From the NCBI GenBank assembly GCA_963664405.1, contig OY761158.1, positions 352,001-416,000 on the forward strand: a stretch of 64,000 bases of DNA. The letters run 5' to 3'. This DNA is from Thermoanaerobaculia bacterium. Lineage in GTDB: Bacteria > Acidobacteriota > Thermoanaerobaculia > Multivoradales > Multivoraceae. How positions within the stretch are numbered: position 1 is the stretch's first letter; every line of letters starts with the position of its first letter. This document shows, piece by piece, positions 59,956-64,000 of this stretch. The translations under genes and the position numbers were made by a program. The notes under the pieces are model-generated. The model ran no database searches, had not been told where the DNA came from, and was given only the letters and a program-made list of their open reading frames with translations.

Positions 59956-60376
59956 TTCGCTCGTTCGTGACTCATCTGTATTTCAAGTCCCGGAGAGACA
60001 ACCGTCAACTGGAGCTCATCCGGCTGCGGAGAACGAATGTCCTAACTCCCAGCCAAGGCCCTGCAGTAGCGCTTAGCACGTAGCCTATCGCGTGGCAGAG
60101 TCTCTCTACACCCCCGGCAGCCTTCGGCTGCCACAGGTACCACCCACTTCGAAGAACCCGAAGGAACCTCGCGAAAAGCAAACCCATGTCGGGCACCTAA
60201 GAAGAGACGAAAGGCCCGAAAAGGGACAAGTCGCCGGCTCTCGTGTTGGTAAGACGAGTTGCAAGCGTCTCTGGGCACTCGAGACCTGATCACGGAGCGC
60301 ACTTTCCCTGGCGGCACACCCCCGACGTTGGAGGAGGGTAACCATTTGTCCTCGATCTGCGGTGAGGCCGGCGCGC

Positions 60377-61312
60377 CTAAGGCCCCGCCCGAGCCTCGGG
60401 CACGTACGGCAATCCCGGAGGGAAGAAGCCGGGCGGGAAGACCGCATCAAGGACTCCGTACTTAAGCAGCTCGGCGGCCTCACGGTAGGCATTGACGAAC
60501 TCCCGATACAGCTCTCGGAGCTTCTCATGGTGCTCTCTCGAGACTGCGTGAAAAGCCGGTGCGGGTGAGTTGCTCGATGTCTCCGGTCGCGAGTGCGGAT
60601 CCTGCCGCAGGATCTTCTTCCTCCCCAGCGGCGGCTTCCCCGTCTCGTCTCTCCGCCGGCGAGCAACCGCGCTGATGTCGCGCAGCAGATCCACCATGAG
60701 CTCGATTCTCCGCCGATGGGGCCAATCCACCAGACAGGGGACGGGACTCAGAATCACCGTCTCCTCGGACAGAAAGTCCTCTGGATTCAGGTCCTTACCT
60801 CCGCGGCCAGCGTTGTACTCCCCGGTCTGATTGCGCCACACCCCGCCTCCCATCTCGGCGTAGCCTCGGCTCAGCGCACCCACCGACTGGACCCCGGGCC
60901 AATCCGCCGAGTCACGGACCAGACCTTCTTTCACTCCTTGGGAGAAGAGGTACCTCAGGCGTCCGATCTGAGCCTCCGGCTCGTCGGAGACGATGATGTG
61001 ACTGTAGGGTCGATGCCAGAACTTTCCCGACCAGCCGTGGAGCGTACCGACCTTGCGAGCGATCAGGCCGTTCACGTACTCCATGAAGTCGCTCAACTGC
61101 TTGGTGCTCTCAGGGACAACGAGCATGTGGTAGTGATTAGAGAGAACGGCGAGGCCACAAATCTTCATCCCCGTGCGCTTCTGAGCACGAGCGATCACGC
61201 CGAGAATGATCCGATTCACCTCCGGCGATGGACGGAGTAGGAAGCGCTCCTGCTGCGTTCGTGTTGTGACCTCAACAAGGCGATTGGCTACCAGTCCTCT
61301 GCGTTTTCGCAC
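60377..61312 (-). CDS. HUH Y1 (RAYT/IS200-like) tyrosine transposase
   Basis: EVTTRT..ERFLLRP, VLSNHYHMLV (HUH), FWHRPY, LRY; start uncertain (the open frame extends to 61432). Confidence 0.8.
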   Translation of the reverse strand: MRKRRGLVANRLVEVTTRTQQERFLLRPSPEVNRIILGVIARAQKRTGMKICGLAVLSNHYHMLVVPESTKQLSDFMEYVNGLIARKVGTLHGWSGKFWHRPYSHIIVSDEPEAQIGRLRYLFSQGVKEGLVRDSADWPGVQSVGALSRGYAEMGGGVWRNQTGEYNAGRGGKDLNPEDFLSEETVILSPVPCLVDWPHRRRIELMVDLLRDISAVARRRRDETGKPPLGRKKILRQDPHSRPETSSNSPAPAFHAVSREHHEKLRELYREFVNAYREAAELLKYGVLDAVFPPGFFPPGLPYVPEARAGP

Positions 61313-61499
61313 CTCTTGGCAATTCCTTCTGCCTTTGAGGACGCATTCGAGGCCCAAGACCTTGCCAGAGCGGATGGTGCGTACGGAGACACCAAATCTG
61401 GGGACTCCCCCAACTAAGAGGGTGGTAGGCATTGTCAGTAGGCAGTGTCAGCAGGCATTGCCTGCAAGCCACGAAGGGCAAATGTCGTCTTCAAAGGGC

Positions 61500-63017
61500 A
61501 TGCTCGCGCTTGCGACTGCCGCGACTCCATGGGGTATCGAGGCCTGCCGTGTCCAGGTCGAGGTCGACGTGCGCCTGGGAATGCCCCAGATGCACCTCGT
61601 CGGGTTACCCGATACCGCCGTGCGGGAAAGCAAGGAACGAGTCGCATCGGCGATTCGTAACTGCGGCTTCGAGCTGCCGCCACGCAGAGTGTTGATCAAT
61701 CTCGCTCCCGCGAACCTTCGCAAGGAGGGCAGTCATCTCGACCTGGCGATCGCCCTGGCCCTGCTTTCCGCCCACGAAAAGCTGCCCGCCGACTCGCTCG
61801 AAAACCTTCTCGTCTGTGGCGAGCTGGGACTCGACGGCACTCTGCGACCGGTAAGAGGCGGCCTGGCAATTGCCAGTCTCGCGCGCGAGCTCGGATTGCG
61901 CGAGTTGCTGGTGCCGACACAGAGCGCAAATGAGGCCGCCGCACTCCCGGGCGTCGATGTCATTGCCGTCGCCTCGCTCACCGAGACCATCGAGCACATC
62001 GCCGGTCTTTGCACCTTGCCGCCGGTCCGGCCGCGCCCGAGAGCGCAGCACCGAGGCGGCCCAGACCTTGCCGAGGTTCGCGGTCAGCCCGCTGCGAAGC
62101 GAGTTCTCGAGATCGCCGCCGCGGGGAACCATAATGTTCTTTTCATAGGCCCACCCGGCTGTGGCAAGACCATGCTCTCGAGGTGCCTACCCGGCCTGCT
62201 GCCTCCGCTCGCCAACGACGAAGCGATCACGGTGACCAAGATCCAGTCGATAGGAGGCGCCGCGCCGCCGGACGGACTGGTCCGAACACGACCGTTCCGT
62301 AGCCCCCACACCGACACCACCACGGCTGGAATGATTGGAGGCACGGCCTCCGCTCGCCCCGGCGAGGTCACCCTCGCCCACGCCGGCGCACTCTTTCTCG
62401 ACGAGCTTCCAGAGTTTCGCCGCGAGACCCTCGAGGCTCTCCGTCAACCCTTGGAAGACGGAGAGGTCACCGTCGTCAGGGCCGCGGCCCGCTTCACCTA
62501 CCCCGCGCGCTTCCTCTTGATCGCCGCGATGAACCCATGCCCTTGCGGCCACCTCGGCAACCCCCGCCGGGAGTGTCGCTGCCCGCCCGGGTCGATCGAG
62601 CGCTACCGCGCGCGCATCTCCGGACCACTACTGGACCGGATCGATCTCCAGGCCGAGGTGCCGGCGCCGAGTCTCGAAGAGCTGGCTCATCCGCCAGGAG
62701 AAACGAGTTTCGCAGTCGCCGCTCGCGTCGAGGCCGCCCGCGAAGTACAGGCGGAACGCTTTGCGGATACGGCGCGGACACTTCTCAACGGAGCGATGGA
62801 CACCCAGCGAATCCACCGGCACTGCCGGCTCGGCGACGAGGCCCGCACTCTCCTCCACCGCGCGTACGAGCGCCTGGGCCTCTCGGCGCGCTCCCTGCAC
62901 CGCGTCCAAAGGGTGGCACGAACGATCGCAGACCTCGATCAGGCACAAGACATCGCAGCCGGCCACCTCGCCGAAGCACTGCAATACAGATCGCTCGATC
63001 GGAGCTCGATGCTCTAG
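61500..63017 (+). CDS. comM: ComM/YifB Mg-chelatase-like AAA+ ATPase
   Basis: VGLPDTAVRESKERV, INLAPA, GPPGCGKTML, LFLDELPEF, AMNPCPCG, SGPLLDRID. Confidence 0.92.
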   Translation: MLALATAATPWGIEACRVQVEVDVRLGMPQMHLVGLPDTAVRESKERVASAIRNCGFELPPRRVLINLAPANLRKEGSHLDLAIALALLSAHEKLPADSLENLLVCGELGLDGTLRPVRGGLAIASLARELGLRELLVPTQSANEAAALPGVDVIAVASLTETIEHIAGLCTLPPVRPRPRAQHRGGPDLAEVRGQPAAKRVLEIAAAGNHNVLFIGPPGCGKTMLSRCLPGLLPPLANDEAITVTKIQSIGGAAPPDGLVRTRPFRSPHTDTTTAGMIGGTASARPGEVTLAHAGALFLDELPEFRRETLEALRQPLEDGEVTVVRAAARFTYPARFLLIAAMNPCPCGHLGNPRRECRCPPGSIERYRARISGPLLDRIDLQAEVPAPSLEELAHPPGETSFAVAARVEAAREVQAERFADTARTLLNGAMDTQRIHRHCRLGDEARTLLHRAYERLGLSARSLHRVQRVARTIADLDQAQDIAAGHLAEALQYRSLDRSSML

Positions 63018-63980
63018 CTGCATGTACCAGCTGGGAGCGGCGACACAGGTCCTGGCAATCGCCTCCAGATGGCGGTGATCCGTGCCGTAGCAGCCGCCGA
63101 GAACGGTCAGGCCTGGAAGAAGGTCGCGAAGGTCTCGATACTCCCAGGCAAGCGCTTCAGGATCTCCCTCATCGAGATCGGTCGCCGCATCCAGCTTTGC
63201 ATGGCTGAGGGTCGAGGCGTTGGCGCGAAGACCCCGGATCCGCTGCGCCCAGGCCGGGCCGGGCTCCAGCAAAGGACCGAAGTGGGTGGGATGGGCGCAA
63301 TTGATCATGTAGTACGCGGGGGCGGACCCAGTCTCAGCATCGACCTGCTCGATTGCCTCGCCTAGCGACTGGCCGGCGGGTAGGCGGCCGTCGGTCTCGA
63401 CGGTAAACGATATCGCGGAGGGCATCCCGAGGTTCCGCGCAGCTCGTGCGATTCCAATCGCTTCTTCGACATAGGCCAGGGTCATCGCAGTGACCATATC
63501 GGCATCGGTCGCGGCGAAGGTCTCGATCTGGGCCCTGTGATACTCGGTGGCCTCGTCGGCCGACATGCAGCCCTCGGCAGCATAGCCATCGCCTCTCGGG
63601 CCGATACAGCCACTCACGACCATCGGTACCTCATCCGTCGCCCAATCTTGACGGAGCTCCTCGAGTAGAGCGATCGCTAGGCGGTTCACTTCAGCGAGAG
63701 CCTTGCTGGAGTAGCCCAGCTTGTTCCCCCAGTCGGAGCTCGCACGCCAGGTCGCGCTCTCCAACACAAACCCACATCCGAATTGTAGAGCTATCGACCC
63801 GTAGGACTGATAGTAGCGACGAAGACGCGCGAGGCCCGCCTCATGGGCGAGCATGGGGAATGTCGCAGAGAATGGAAGATCGATCCCGTCGTGAAAAACG
63901 AAGGTCGTCTCCATGCCGCCGTCGGTGAGAAATACTCCGTCACTCAATTGGGGCAGCCTCTCTCGATACCGACTACTCAT
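62628..63980 (-). CDS. Homocysteine S-methyltransferase family protein with an aberrant C-terminus
   Basis: LTDGGMET, GPRGDGY, INCAHP, RANAS, GGCYGT; RBS ggaggagg; the frame runs about 390 nt into comM. Confidence 0.85.
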   Translation of the reverse strand: MSSRYRERLPQLSDGVFLTDGGMETTFVFHDGIDLPFSATFPMLAHEAGLARLRRYYQSYGSIALQFGCGFVLESATWRASSDWGNKLGYSSKALAEVNRLAIALLEELRQDWATDEVPMVVSGCIGPRGDGYAAEGCMSADEATEYHRAQIETFAATDADMVTAMTLAYVEEAIGIARAARNLGMPSAISFTVETDGRLPAGQSLGEAIEQVDAETGSAPAYYMINCAHPTHFGPLLEPGPAWAQRIRGLRANASTLSHAKLDAATDLDEGDPEALAWEYRDLRDLLPGLTVLGGCYGTDHRHLEAIARTCVAAPSWYMQLEHRAPIERSVLQCFGEVAGCDVLCLIEVCDRSCHPLDAVQGARREAQALVRAVEESAGLVAEPAVPVDSLGVHRSVEKCPRRIRKAFRLYFAGGLDASGDCETRFSWRMSQLFETRRRHLGLEIDPVQ

Positions 63981-64000
63981 GACCTCCTCCTAGAGCTCGA

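Overview
GC-rich bacterial chromosome segment; the gene content (PQQ-type beta-propellers, sulfatase-like lipoproteins, YfhO, TonB, RAYT-like transposase) is suggestive of Acidobacteriota, but this is inference only. Positions 1-34.6 kb are mostly housekeeping and catabolic genes: M16 protease, NfuA, NAT, tandem-domain RNase H, amidase, a frameshifted two-component system, GH20, M42/dgcA/dgcN, asd, tonB and an Ala/Gly symporter. Five 165-197 bp CTAG-bounded palindromic elements are interspersed among them. These have four unrelated types of terminal arm but share one conserved, covarying hairpin core whose G-T wobbles favour one strand; this is the most unusual unexplained signal here. Positions 35-39.3 kb hold a selenoneine cluster (transglutaminase-like gene, selD/senC, senA, senB) whose SelD has an in-frame UGA followed by a SECIS-like hairpin. 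Positions 39.4-61.4 kb form a mobile-element graveyard with nested insertions that can be rebuilt to the base: IS21-type in ISAzo13, IS1182 in yfhO, IS110 in the terminal repeat of an ISNCY element (with candidate bridge-RNA guides), and a MITE in an SGNH gene. The window ends with comM/yifB and an aberrant homocysteine S-methyltransferase. No rRNA, tRNA or CRISPR array was seen. All assignments come from reading motifs by eye; no database searches were run.
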